The position numbers and the translations under genes were made by a program. A stretch of 64,000 bases of DNA, taken from the NCBI GenBank assembly GCA_964619205.1, contig CAZUDE010000002.1:61420-125419 (forward strand), given 5' to 3'. This document shows positions 38,872-48,365 of the stretch, in pieces (position 1 is the stretch's first letter; each line of letters opens with the position of its first letter). The stretch comes from an uncultured Desulfobacula sp. (GTDB lineage: Bacteria > Desulfobacterota > Desulfobacteria > Desulfobacterales > Desulfobacteraceae). A model generated the notes under the pieces. The model had not been told where the DNA came from and ran no database searches. It saw only the letters and a list, made by a program, of their open reading frames with translations.

Positions 38872-39483
38872 ATGCTGGAATTATTATCAAAAGGCGGGGT
38901 TCTGGTTATCCCCATTGTATTTTGTTCGGTCCTGGTCGTTGCAATTTTTTGTGAACGGATGATCCGTTATACCATTAACCGCAGCCGGGGAAAAGATATA
39001 GAAATCAAAGTGGCGGAATTGATAAAAGATGGGGATTCTGAAGCTGCGCTGAAGGCTTCCAAACAGAGCGGTTCTCCCATGGGAAGGGTTCTGGAAAAGG
39101 CCATAGAAGCAAAAGATCTTGATAATGAGGTGCTTGAATCCGTGATTGTGAATGCAACTGAGAATGAAGTCAGGGATCTGTCTTCATATCTTCAAGCCCT
39201 GGCCACCATTGGTAATATCGCCCCCCTCCTGGGTCTTCTGGGAACTATTTTCGGTATGATCAAAGCCTTTATGGTGATTCAGGAAATGGGCGGCAAGGTC
39301 AATGCGGCGGTTCTTGCCGGAGGTATCTGGGAAGCCATGCTGACAACGGCGCTGGGGCTTGTTGTGGCCTTGCCTACGATGGTGGCGCACAGCTATCTTC
39401 TGTCAAAGGTGGACCAGTATGAGGCAAGGCTTCAAAACGGATCGGTTCTTTTTTTGAAGGCAATTGCCAAAAAGGCGGTATGA
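38872..39483 (+). CDS. exbB: ExbB/TolQ/MotA proton-channel protein
   Basis: IGNIAPLLGLLGTIFGMIKAF, GGIWEAMLTTALGLVVALP. Confidence 0.93.
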   Translation: MLELLSKGGVLVIPIVFCSVLVVAIFCERMIRYTINRSRGKDIEIKVAELIKDGDSEAALKASKQSGSPMGRVLEKAIEAKDLDNEVLESVIVNATENEVRDLSSYLQALATIGNIAPLLGLLGTIFGMIKAFMVIQEMGGKVNAAVLAGGIWEAMLTTALGLVVALPTMVAHSYLLSKVDQYEARLQNGSVLFLKAIAKKAV

Positions 39484-39484
39484 C

Positions 39485-39892
39485 ATGCTTTCGTTCAAAA
39501 GAAACAAAGATCGATACCAGATGCAATCCCCCTTGACTTCATTGATAGATATTGTCTTTCTGCTCCTGATTTATTTTCTTTTGACCACCAATTTCCTGGT
39601 GGAAGAGGGCATCACCATCAAACTTCCCGATGCCAGGGCATCCGCACCCCAGATAAGGCAGGAAATCACGGTTACGGTGGATCAAGACGGAAACGCCTAT
39701 ATGGCGGATAAGGAAGTCCCCCTGGACCGGTTATATGCCAGGATTAAGGAAATGATAGGCAATGACAAGGACCGGCTGGTGATTATCAAGGCAGATAAAA
39801 CAGTGATTCTGAACAAGGCGGTCAGGGTTATGGATATTGCCAAGGCTGCCGGTGCCTCAAGACTCAGCCTGGCAACGGAAAAAGGACTTTAG
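39485..39892 (+). CDS. exbD: ExbD/TolR biopolymer transporter
   Basis: PLTSLIDIVFLLLIYF, IKLPDA, IKADK, VRVMDIAKAAG. Confidence 0.93.
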   Translation: MLSFKRNKDRYQMQSPLTSLIDIVFLLLIYFLLTTNFLVEEGITIKLPDARASAPQIRQEITVTVDQDGNAYMADKEVPLDRLYARIKEMIGNDKDRLVIIKADKTVILNKAVRVMDIAKAAGASRLSLATEKGL

Positions 39893-39901
39893 GTGGGACC
39901 C

Positions 39902-40597
39902 ATGACTCAAAAAGCATCCCCTAATTGGCTCCTCCGGGGATTTATTCTTATTTCCCTCGGGGCTCACGTTTTTTTCATTCTCCATGCAACAGGGATCTAT
40001 CAGAACAAAGCCATGTCCTATATTGAATTGACATTACAGCAGACATCCAGACCCGACATCCGCGTGATCCCGAAACCCAGACTCCGTCAGACCGATCTTC
40101 GGGTTTCCGAAGTCATGACAATGAAGGTAAAAGACTTTCAGGCTCCCAAAATACAGGTTGAGGAGATACAAAAACAAGAGGATTTCCGGGATACCCTGGA
40201 TCTTCCGCAGCTTCCAGAGAAAATGGATATTTCTGAATATTCTGCGTCAGGTTCAAGGGCAGGGGGGCTTGCAAATATAGGGAACGCTCAAGGACAGATT
40301 CAGTTTACCAGCGCAAAAGACTATTTTGAAATGCTGAATCTGCGGGTGCAGCGGTTTAAAAAATATCCGGAATCTGCAAAATCCGCGCACATCGAGGGAA
40401 GAGTCCATATCGAGTTTGTGCTGTTGAAAGACGGCACCCTGTCAGATATTAAAATCCTTAAAAGTTCCCGTCATAAAAACCTGGATGAGGCAGCCCTTGA
40501 AGCCATTAAAAAAGCATCACCATTTCCAAAACCACCTGATTTTCTTTTTAAGGGGCCTGTCACCATGCGGATCAATATCCTTTTTGAGCTTGCCTGA
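39902..40597 (+). CDS. tonB: TonB energy transducer
   Basis: N-terminal anchor LISLGAHV; C-terminal YPESAK..IEGRV..SSRHKNLDEAALEAIKKASPFPKPP. Confidence 0.9.
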   Translation: MTQKASPNWLLRGFILISLGAHVFFILHATGIYQNKAMSYIELTLQQTSRPDIRVIPKPRLRQTDLRVSEVMTMKVKDFQAPKIQVEEIQKQEDFRDTLDLPQLPEKMDISEYSASGSRAGGLANIGNAQGQIQFTSAKDYFEMLNLRVQRFKKYPESAKSAHIEGRVHIEFVLLKDGTLSDIKILKSSRHKNLDEAALEAIKKASPFPKPPDFLFKGPVTMRINILFELA

Positions 40598-40627
40598 CAA
40601 AAATGCATTACAAAATCGAGGAGGCTG

Positions 40628-41686
40628 ATGAAAACCGGTAAAATAATCAGACAGGGATTCTTTTCTTTTTCTTTCTTTCTACTGACTGCTTTTCTGGTTT
40701 TTATTCCGGTCATTGTGGCAGCAGGAACCGACACCGGGCGGACTGTTACCGACATGACCGGTCGCAGGGTGGTTATTAAAGGCCCGGTGAACAGGATCAT
40801 TACAACATTTAAACCAGCCAGCCTGTGTGTGCTTTCCCTTGGACTTGCCCAAAAGCTTGTCGGGGTTGACAATTCTTCCAGGCAGGATCGGTTGCAATTG
40901 GAGGTGTTTCCTGAGATTTCCAATCTTGAAGGGGTCGGTACAAAAACCACGGGCATTAATTTTGAAACCCTTGTCAACCTGAGACCGGATCTGGTGATTC
41001 TCTATTCTCAGAAAGAAGGGCTTTTGCTTGCGGACCGCCTTGACGCAATGAAAATACCTTCCATTGTGATCCTGCCTGAATCATTTGCAAGTATAAAAGA
41101 GTCCCTGCGTTTAATTGCCGGGGCAGAAGGGGAGACTAAAAGACTTCCCAATGTTGAGCTGCTGATGGATGAGGTGATTGAGTTTGTTGCAATGCGGCTT
41201 TCCGGTATTTCCGAAGAGGATAAAAAAACCGGGTATTTTGCGTCCGCCCTTGGGCTTTTCAGTACTGCGACGGGAAATATGATCGCAAATGAGATTTTTG
41301 AAAAGGCAGGCATAAAAAATGTTTCAGCCCATTTGACAGGGTATTTTCAGGAAATTTCACCTGAGCAGCTGGTAAAATGGAATCCCGATATCATGGTGTT
41401 GTCCCAGCACCTGAAAAAAGGAGAGGCAGAGCGGGTTTTCAATAAAGCCCTGCAAGAGATCAGCGCCATAAAAAACAAGGCGGTCTATCGGTGTCCGTCC
41501 AGCCTGGCACCCTGGGATTTTCCTTCTCCCCTGACGGTTCTCGCTACCTTATGGATCTCTCAGAAGGCTTATCCGGAGAGGTTTTCAGATATTGAGATAA
41601 AAGACCGTGCAGACGATTTCCATAAAAAACTGTTTGAAAAAACCATGACACAGATGGGCGGCACCCTGAGCGACGGCATTGAATAA
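40628..41686 (+). CDS. Fe/B12-type ABC substrate-binding protein (set 3)
   Basis: TVTDMTGRRVVI, NFETLVNLRPDL, ISPEQLVKWNPD, WDFPSP. Confidence 0.92.
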   Translation: MKTGKIIRQGFFSFSFFLLTAFLVFIPVIVAAGTDTGRTVTDMTGRRVVIKGPVNRIITTFKPASLCVLSLGLAQKLVGVDNSSRQDRLQLEVFPEISNLEGVGTKTTGINFETLVNLRPDLVILYSQKEGLLLADRLDAMKIPSIVILPESFASIKESLRLIAGAEGETKRLPNVELLMDEVIEFVAMRLSGISEEDKKTGYFASALGLFSTATGNMIANEIFEKAGIKNVSAHLTGYFQEISPEQLVKWNPDIMVLSQHLKKGEAERVFNKALQEISAIKNKAVYRCPSSLAPWDFPSPLTVLATLWISQKAYPERFSDIEIKDRADDFHKKLFEKTMTQMGGTLSDGIE

Positions 41687-42712
41687 ATGAAAGCGACACT
41701 GTCATTCTGGAAAATTATTTTTTTGCTTTTTTTTGTCCTGATGCTTGCTTTTATTCTGTCCATTGCATCAGGACGTGTCTCCATAGGGTTTTCAGACATG
41801 GTTAGCAGTGTTGCAAACTTTTATCAGAGCCGGGACTCCGCAGATGATTTTATTCCAAAGGAACTGGTGTTTCTGTGGATTCGGCTGCCCAGATGTCTCA
41901 TGGCTGTTCTCGTGGGGTCAAGCCTTGCCGTGACCGGGGCAGTATATCAGGCCCTGTTCAGGAATCCCCTGGTGTCACCGGATATTCTCGGGGTCTCTGC
42001 CGGGTGTACCTTTGGGGCAGCTCTGGGGCTTGTTCTTCCTTTCAATTCTTTTGCACTTGTGCATGTTCTTTCCTTTGGGTTCGGATTGCTTGCCGTTGCC
42101 CTGAGCATGGGTCTTGCAAGGGCCATCTACATAAAACCGGTCCTCATCCTGGTTCTGGCCGGTATGGTGGTGATGTCTTTTTTTAATGCCCTGCTCATGG
42201 TTGTGAAGTATTTTTCAGATCCCTATGATGAATTGCCCAGCATTATTTACTGGGTCATGGGGAGCCTGAGCCGCATCACCTGGGGCAATGTTCTGGTCAT
42301 GGCCCCATTTGTCGTATTGGGAATTTTTTTGTTCGTCCTGTTCAGTTTCAGGCTGAATATACTTTCCATGGGGGATATTCAGGCAAAATCCCTGGGAATA
42401 AACCCTTCATTTTTCAGGATGATCCTGATCACGGTAAGTTCGTTCATGGTAGCGGTCTCGGTTTCAACCTGCGGTCAGATTTCCTGGATCGGCCTGGTAA
42501 TCCCTCATCTGGCAAGAAGTTTGGTGGGACCGGAACATGAAAAAATGATTCCTGTATCCGCGCTTCTCGGCGGTATTTTTCTTTTGCTTACCGATTCTCT
42601 TGCCAGAAGCATTTCTTCTGCCGAGATTCCTGTGGGGATTATCACTGCTCTTGTCGGAGCCCCGATATTCGGCTGGTTCATGTTCAGGAACAGGAGCAGC
42701 GGATGGATCTGA
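41687..42712 (+). CDS. FecCD-family ABC permease (set 3)
   Basis: IRLPRCLMAVLVG, QALFRNPLVSPDILGV, WIGLVIPHLAR. Confidence 0.95.
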   Translation: MKATLSFWKIIFLLFFVLMLAFILSIASGRVSIGFSDMVSSVANFYQSRDSADDFIPKELVFLWIRLPRCLMAVLVGSSLAVTGAVYQALFRNPLVSPDILGVSAGCTFGAALGLVLPFNSFALVHVLSFGFGLLAVALSMGLARAIYIKPVLILVLAGMVVMSFFNALLMVVKYFSDPYDELPSIIYWVMGSLSRITWGNVLVMAPFVVLGIFLFVLFSFRLNILSMGDIQAKSLGINPSFFRMILITVSSFMVAVSVSTCGQISWIGLVIPHLARSLVGPEHEKMIPVSALLGGIFLLLTDSLARSISSAEIPVGIITALVGAPIFGWFMFRNRSSGWI

Positions 42713-43476
42713 TGCTGGAATGCCAAAACCTCGGGTTTAGCTACAGGGATAAAAAAATCTTTGAGAACATATCTTTTCAAGTGGCAAAGGGAAAATTCTG
42801 TGCAATCCTTGGCAGGAACGGGTCCGGGAAAACGACCTTGATTCATTGCCTGAATAAAATACTGACCCCCCTGACCGGCCGGATTCTGGTCCAGGGCAGG
42901 GATATCAATTCTTTTTCCCAAAATGATATTGCACAGGCCATCAGCCTTTTACCCCAGGAACAGATCGATATCTTTCCTTACCGGGTCATTGATGTAGTCG
43001 TCATGGGCCGGGCCCCGTTTTTAAAGATTGCGGCCCGCCCGGATGCAGGAGATTATGAGATGGCTGCCCAGGCGCTCAGGCAGTTAAATGCGCAGGGCCT
43101 TTCATACCGGAGTTTTAACCGGATATCCGGTGGAGAGCGGCAGATTGCCCTTCTGGCGCGCTGCCTTACCCAGACAGCGCCCATCATGCTGTTGGATGAA
43201 CCCACCAACCATCTTGATTTTAATCACCAGTATCATCTTCTATCCTCCATCCGTCATCTTTGCAGGGAAAAAGGAATCAGTGTTGTTGCATCCATGCATG
43301 ATCCCAATCTGGCCGCAGCGTTTGCCGATGATGTCATCATGATTAAAAACGGACGGGTCATGGACAGGGCAGCAAAGGATGAAGTGATGACTGAAAAAAA
43401 CATCTCAGCCCTTTACGATATGGACATCAAAAAAATCATGATCAACACAAAGACTTGTTTTTTTCTTCCCCGATAA
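42703..43476 (+). CDS. FecE-type ABC ATP-binding protein (set 3)
   Basis: GRNGSGKT, ISGGERQIALLAR, LLDEPTNHLD, HDPNLA. Confidence 0.95.
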   Translation: MDLMLECQNLGFSYRDKKIFENISFQVAKGKFCAILGRNGSGKTTLIHCLNKILTPLTGRILVQGRDINSFSQNDIAQAISLLPQEQIDIFPYRVIDVVVMGRAPFLKIAARPDAGDYEMAAQALRQLNAQGLSYRSFNRISGGERQIALLARCLTQTAPIMLLDEPTNHLDFNHQYHLLSSIRHLCREKGISVVASMHDPNLAAAFADDVIMIKNGRVMDRAAKDEVMTEKNISALYDMDIKKIMINTKTCFFLPR

Positions 43477-43591
43477 TTCAATATCAATCTGATGGATTTT
43501 ATTTTGACCTTGAAATCTTCCTTTTCTGGTGCAATATACCAGGGATAGACTAAGGGTTGCATTTATCTCATTCAGGAAAGGGAAAACCACA

Positions 43592-44395
43592 ATGGAGAAT
43601 TTCAATCATAAAGTGGTGGTTATAACCGGTGCCTCAGAAGGAATCGGCCGTGCGTTAGCACTTAAATTTGCAGAGCAGAAGTCAAAAATTGTTATCTCAG
43701 CAAGAAATGAAAACCGGTTAAATGAACTTAAAAGCGAAATTGAATCTTCAGGTGCAAGCGCTTTGGTGGTTCCAGCAGATGTAACAGATCCTGATGCCTG
43801 CAAAAATCTTATGGAACGGGCCTTTGAGGAATACGGCCGAATTGATGTTTTAATTACCAATGCCGGCAGGACCATGTGGACTCCTTTTGAAGAGATCAAA
43901 GACCTTTCGATTTTTAAACAGCTTATGGATCTGAATTATCTTGGGTGTGTCTATTGCACCTATTATGCCCTTCCTTATCTGAAAAAAACAAAAGGACAAA
44001 TCGTCGGGGTATCCAGTGTGGCAGGACTTAATGGTGTGCCATCCAGAACAGCGTATTCTGCAAGCAAACATGCGATGTTCGGTTTTTTTGATTCCCTCAG
44101 GATCGAATTAAAGGATACCGGAGTTTCAGTCACAATGATTGCTCCGGATTTTGTACTGTCCGAGATGCATAAAAGGGCTCTGGACGGCTTTGGGAATTCT
44201 CTAGGGAAAAGTCCGTTGCAGGCATCTAAAATAATGACGGCTGAAGAATGTGCAGCATTGATAATGCCGGCTGTTGAAAAACGGGACAGGCTGCTCATTA
44301 CGTCGTTAAGAGGGAAATTGGGCCGATGGCTGAAATTAATCTCTCCTTCAACGGTCGATAAAATAGCAGCAAAGGCAATTAAAGAAGCAAAATAA
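43592..44395 (+). CDS. Short-chain dehydrogenase/reductase (SDR)
   Basis: TGASEGIG, NAG, YSASK catalytic motif. Confidence 0.93.
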   Translation: MENFNHKVVVITGASEGIGRALALKFAEQKSKIVISARNENRLNELKSEIESSGASALVVPADVTDPDACKNLMERAFEEYGRIDVLITNAGRTMWTPFEEIKDLSIFKQLMDLNYLGCVYCTYYALPYLKKTKGQIVGVSSVAGLNGVPSRTAYSASKHAMFGFFDSLRIELKDTGVSVTMIAPDFVLSEMHKRALDGFGNSLGKSPLQASKIMTAEECAALIMPAVEKRDRLLITSLRGKLGRWLKLISPSTVDKIAAKAIKEAK

Positions 44396-44443
44396 AAAAA
44401 CATAAATCTTTAGCCTGATAATCAGGGAAAGGAATGAGGTCTT

Positions 44444-44674
44444 ATGACAAAAAAAATCAAATCTGAAAGAGATCTGGAAAAAGAGTATTCGAAAAAGGAT
44501 TTTGTTGCCAAATTAAGAAGGCTTGCCCATGCAATTGAACAGAATAACAGGTTCAGGATACAGGTCGCAGGGGAAAGGATTTCAGTCCCTCCAAATGCCA
44601 TTTTTAATATTGAGCATGAAAGAGAAGGAAATAATGAAGAAATTGAATTTCAGTTGAAATGGGTGAAATCTTAA
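44444..44674 (+). CDS. Amphi-Trp domain-containing protein
   Basis: KLRRLAHAIE..FRIQVAGERISVP..EHERE..EEIEFQLKW. Confidence 0.85.
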   Translation: MTKKIKSERDLEKEYSKKDFVAKLRRLAHAIEQNNRFRIQVAGERISVPPNAIFNIEHEREGNNEEIEFQLKWVKS

Positions 44675-44700
44675 AAATAATGATTTGATGCAGTTCCAAC

Positions 44701-45270
44701 TCCGATCATGACCGCAAACCCGTTTGATCCGTTGTCAAGAACATTCAATGCAGTCCTGGTCATTTTTTCCAGTGTGGGGACACTGGACAGCATGGGGGCC
44801 TCCCTCACTTCGGCCCTGCCGGAGTGTTGAACCGTTTTTTACCACACCAAAGACCTTGTCCGGTGTATTTCCGGAAACCAGGGTTTTGAATTCAGCTTTG
44901 GCCTGGACAAGCTGCCACGCGTTCACACCGTTATTCAAGTCTTCCCAAGCCCCCTTGCCGCCCACATAATTACAGCTGGGGGCTGGCTGGCGCTGTGGCT
45001 GTTCGGGTTGCAGCGGTATGTGGCTTCCAGACCCAGTTCAGAAAAATTGGAAACGGTTTTGCCGCCGTTAAGGCTGATGGATTCCATCTTGCCTTGAGGA
45101 GAATACAGGTAGATCTCAGCCAGTGTAGTCTTGCTGTTGTCGCTGACCCGTTTCAGGAGAGTGGTGTCCAGGTAAAATTCATAGTTCAGGGTTTTAAAAA
45201 GCACCTTGTTTTTTTGTGACGGCCTTGGAGGCCAGGCGTCCTGCAGGGTCGCAGGCATAGGAGGCGGACT
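44701..45270 (-). pseudogene. Frameshifted chimeric remnant: YD-repeat-like fragment followed by an alkaline phosphatase fragment
   Basis: Across frames: SYACDPAGRLASKAV / TLNYEFYLDTTLLKRVSD (YD-like); NYVGGKGAWEDL..WQLVQAKAEF..TLRQGRS and VPTLEKMTRTALNVLDNGSNGFAVMI (PhoA-type PTLxEMT..GFxLMIE segment). Confidence 0.5.
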
Positions 45271-45393
45271 TTTACTTACCGATTGACAAATCGTTTATGA
45301 AATTGCATAGTTAAGGCTAAGGATTTATTTTAAAATTCAATAAATTTTAAGGGTTTCCAATACCAGGACAAAACGAAGATCAAGAGGCCCAAA

Positions 45394-45615
45394 ATGCAAC
45401 ATATAGATATCAGCCAGGTTAAACAATATTTGCCGCAAATCTTTGAAAAAGATATTCATGAAGACATTATCATAACAAAACAAGGATTGCCGATTGCTAA
45501 AATTATCGGCATATCAAAGCAAAAAAAACAACGGCAATTCGGCTCGGCAAAAGGACTCATTAAAATGTCTGATGATTTTGAAGAACCCTTGGAAGATTTT
45601 AAGGAGTATATGTAA
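45394..45615 (+). CDS. Type II antitoxin, Phd/YefM-like with RQFGSAKG..DDFEEPL tail
   Basis: IIITKQGLPIAKI motif; overlaps the start of a PIN-toxin gene. Confidence 0.85.
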   Translation: MQHIDISQVKQYLPQIFEKDIHEDIIITKQGLPIAKIIGISKQKKQRQFGSAKGLIKMSDDFEEPLEDFKEYM

Positions 45616-46001
45616 TGCAGGCCTTGCTGGATACAAAAGCCTTTCTCTGGTTTATTTCCGGTAGCGACCGACTCAGCAGCAAAGCCCGTAATTATATAGC
45701 AGATTTTGAAAACGATATAGTCATAAGCGCTGCAAGCCTCTGGGAGATCGCCATAAAAACAAGTCTGGGCAAGCTTGAGCTACTCAGCCCCTTTGATCAG
45801 CTCATTCCGTCCCAGCTTGAAAAAAATTCCATTGCCACATTATCCATAGAGCTGACCCATCTCACAAAAACCATTGACCTTGAGTTCCATCACAGGGACC
45901 CCTTTGACCGGCTGATTATTGCCCAGGGGATCACAGAAAAAATACCCATCATCACAAGTGATGCCGTATTCGCCAAATATCCGGTTGATATTCTTTGGTA
46001 A
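45615..46001 (+). CDS. vapC: Type II toxin, PIN domain (VapC)
   Basis: LLDT..LW, SAASLWEIAIK, HRDPFDRLIIAQ, ITSD. Confidence 0.92.
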   Translation: MQALLDTKAFLWFISGSDRLSSKARNYIADFENDIVISAASLWEIAIKTSLGKLELLSPFDQLIPSQLEKNSIATLSIELTHLTKTIDLEFHHRDPFDRLIIAQGITEKIPIITSDAVFAKYPVDILW

Positions 46002-46247
46002 TCAAACAAAATGAGGGAAGTCCGTCCTCTCACGCGTTATTTCGGGAGTTCCTGGATACTGTTTGGGAAGAGCTTAACTTTTACACCTAACATGATCTGC
46101 TTTATATTTCCTTTTGCAATCTCGGCACATTAAATATTTTTGTGCTTTTCTATTTGCTGAAAAAATACCATATAATAGTATTACAACTCATTTCAAGACC
46201 TGACACCATGACATATGTTGTAAGATACATCTGCTGTTCAGAACCCC

Positions 46248-46823
46248 TCAGTTTAGCCAGACATATTTAAACTTTTTATTTTTAATATCCCAAAAATAAG
46301 CTTTATCACCATCAGCATCATAATGGAAAAAGACAATTGATTCGTTCGCTATTACTATTTCTTCCATTTCCGAGCCTTCTTCTCCACAATCAACAAGGCC
46401 TTTCCCACATGCTGTAAGATATTTTCCTGGGGGCAATGTTTTTATCCCATAATACAAAAAATAGCCTTTAATATAACTATCAAAATTTGGATACTCTTTG
46501 AATCCATCGATTAAATTTGGATCTGTTGTTGTATCAAAAAGTTTGTGTTGAGAAAAACCTTGTGGGTCATATAAAAACACATATATAGATATCCCTATTT
46601 GATTTTTATTTTCTAAAATATATGCAAAATCTAAATGACCATCACCATTAAAATCTCCTTCGCATTGAAGATATAATTTTTTATCCTCTTTTCTCCAATG
46701 CTGAAAAAAACTACTATCTTCTAGCGTTTTCCAATCATCTGGAAAAATGATTTTTGTTTCAGCATATAAATTGATAGCCATAAAAACACCCAATATGAAG
46801 ATAAAAATCAAAATTTTTTTCAT
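46248..46823 (-). CDS. Exported AT-rich hypothetical protein, candidate immunity protein of the upstream Rhs toxin
   Basis: Signal peptide MKKILIFIFILGVFMAINLYA; GDFNGDGHLDFA; 36 bp downstream of the Rhs C-terminal fragment; visibly lower GC than the flanks. Confidence 0.7.
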   Translation of the reverse strand: MKKILIFIFILGVFMAINLYAETKIIFPDDWKTLEDSSFFQHWRKEDKKLYLQCEGDFNGDGHLDFAYILENKNQIGISIYVFLYDPQGFSQHKLFDTTTDPNLIDGFKEYPNFDSYIKGYFLYYGIKTLPPGKYLTACGKGLVDCGEEGSEMEEIVIANESIVFFHYDADGDKAYFWDIKNKKFKYVWLN

Positions 46824-46859
46824 TTTTTATATGTCCTTTCCCCTTATAAAACAAAGGCG

Positions 46860-47627
46860 CTATTTTACAGATTTTCCATTACTATCTCTTAGGCCCTTCC
46901 CCCAACCTGTGACATTGTCTTTTCCTGGTGCTGTTTGAAAATGGAAACATCTTTCTTCCTCAATTGCATAGCTATTATTGACATCAAAACAATTTTTATA
47001 TGCGGCTTCTATTTCCTTTGCAGTTAATGATGAATTATTTTTTTTACCTAAGTCGGCGGCTTTTCCTTTGCCATGTTTACCATCATCTCCGGGCCTAAGA
47101 CCTGAGGTAACCTCGATGTCCTTTTCTATTTCTTCAGCAATACACTGCATACATTCTTGTGTTTTTTGATCTGGTTTTAAAACTTCTGTTGAATATGTAA
47201 CGCTATAATTAGGAATTTCTAATGCAATAGAACTAAGGTCGGAAGGCGGATCATATCCCGGAGCCCCCCCACCTCTACATCCTCTCATACTGCCAAACGA
47301 ATAACCGCCCGGGCCTTCGTCGCCAAGCCCCGGTCCATTATCTCCTCCTGTGTGATGCCCAGTCGGATCAGTATAGATAAGAGGATTATTCAGGCAATAT
47401 GTATACCGGTTAATACTCTGAGGATTAAACGGATCGGGCACGATCGTATCGGCCATGACAAATTGGCCGAGGTTGGGGTAGTAGTACTGGGCATCATAGT
47501 TGTAGAGGCCGGTGCTGGCATCCTGTTCCTGGTCTGTATATTTGTAAGCGCTTTGATTTAAAAGAGCGTTTGTACTTCTATCCGGACCATAGGGCAAATA
47601 GTCGCCCCTGTCAATAATGGCTTTAAC
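46860..47627 (-). pseudogene. Orphan Rhs core/C-terminal toxin fragment with M15 (Hedgehog/DD-peptidase)-like domain
   Basis: In-frame ..IDRGDYLPYG..YKYTDQEQDASTGLYNY..NRYTYCLNNPLIYTDPTG; stop immediately upstream and no proper start; C-terminus VTSGLR..HGKGKAAD..CFHFQ. Confidence 0.85.
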
Positions 47628-47747
47628 CTATCAAACATTATTTAACCGATGGCTTTCTGAACGGTGAAGATTATGCTTTATTTCCTGACAAAATTAATAA
47701 AAGAGGCTCTCTAACAGTGTTTTTTATAATAAAAACTTGATCGGAAT

Positions 47748-48365
47748 CTATCCCAATATAAACATCTCACCATAGGCAGGCCTTATCTGAAACAGATCTT
47801 TTAAGGGAATTTTGAGGATATGGCAGAGGATCACACGGAGCACGCCGGCATGGGTAACAATTAATATTTTTTCTTTTTTCCCGGAAATGCATTTGTTAAA
47901 AAAGGGGATAACCCGGTCCGAGAGATCCTGAAAACTTTCACCATCAGGCGGACGATAGGTGGAAAGGCTTCCCCCCCTTTTTTGAAACTCTTCAGGATAA
48001 TGGGTTTTTATTTCTTCAAAAGTCCTGCCGTCCCATTCTCCCATGTTGATTTCATTTAAGGCGTCGGCATTTACGACAGGCACTCCTCCGGCTATGCGGC
48101 GGACGGTCCGGTCACAGCGCTTAAGGCGGCTTGAATAGATGATATCCAAAGGAAATCCTGAAAAGCTTTTCTGCCAGTAGCGGGACTGGCGTTTTCCCTC
48201 ATCATCAAGATCCGTGTCTGTCATACCGACAAACCGTTTTTCTTCATGACCTTTAATCCGGCCGTGTCTCAGAAGAAAAATCAGGGAATCATCTTGAGAG
48301 TATTTCTTTAATGGATTTCCCGGCCGATGATTCAATTCTGGCCTGTATGAGTTGAGTATTTTCAT
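47748..48365 (-). CDS. Histidine phosphatase family protein (CobC/PGAM-like)
   Basis: LLRHG, SSRLKRC, EINMGEWDG, IVTHAGV. Confidence 0.92.
   Translation of the reverse strand: MKILNSYRPELNHRPGNPLKKYSQDDSLIFLLRHGRIKGHEEKRFVGMTDTDLDDEGKRQSRYWQKSFSGFPLDIIYSSRLKRCDRTVRRIAGGVPVVNADALNEINMGEWDGRTFEEIKTHYPEEFQKRGGSLSTYRPPDGESFQDLSDRVIPFFNKCISGKKEKILIVTHAGVLRVILCHILKIPLKDLFQIRPAYGEMFILG

Noticed and set aside
45615-46001. VapC inactivated by LLDTK instead of LLDTH
   Set aside because: The acidic PIN residues (D in LDT, E in WEI, D in DPFD, D in TSD) are all present; the His is not a catalytic requirement.
44400-47750. Intact mobile element or genomic island with att sites
   Set aside because: Low GC and the TA/Rhs content suggest foreign origin, but I found no integrase, transposase, terminal inverted repeats or flanking direct repeats.
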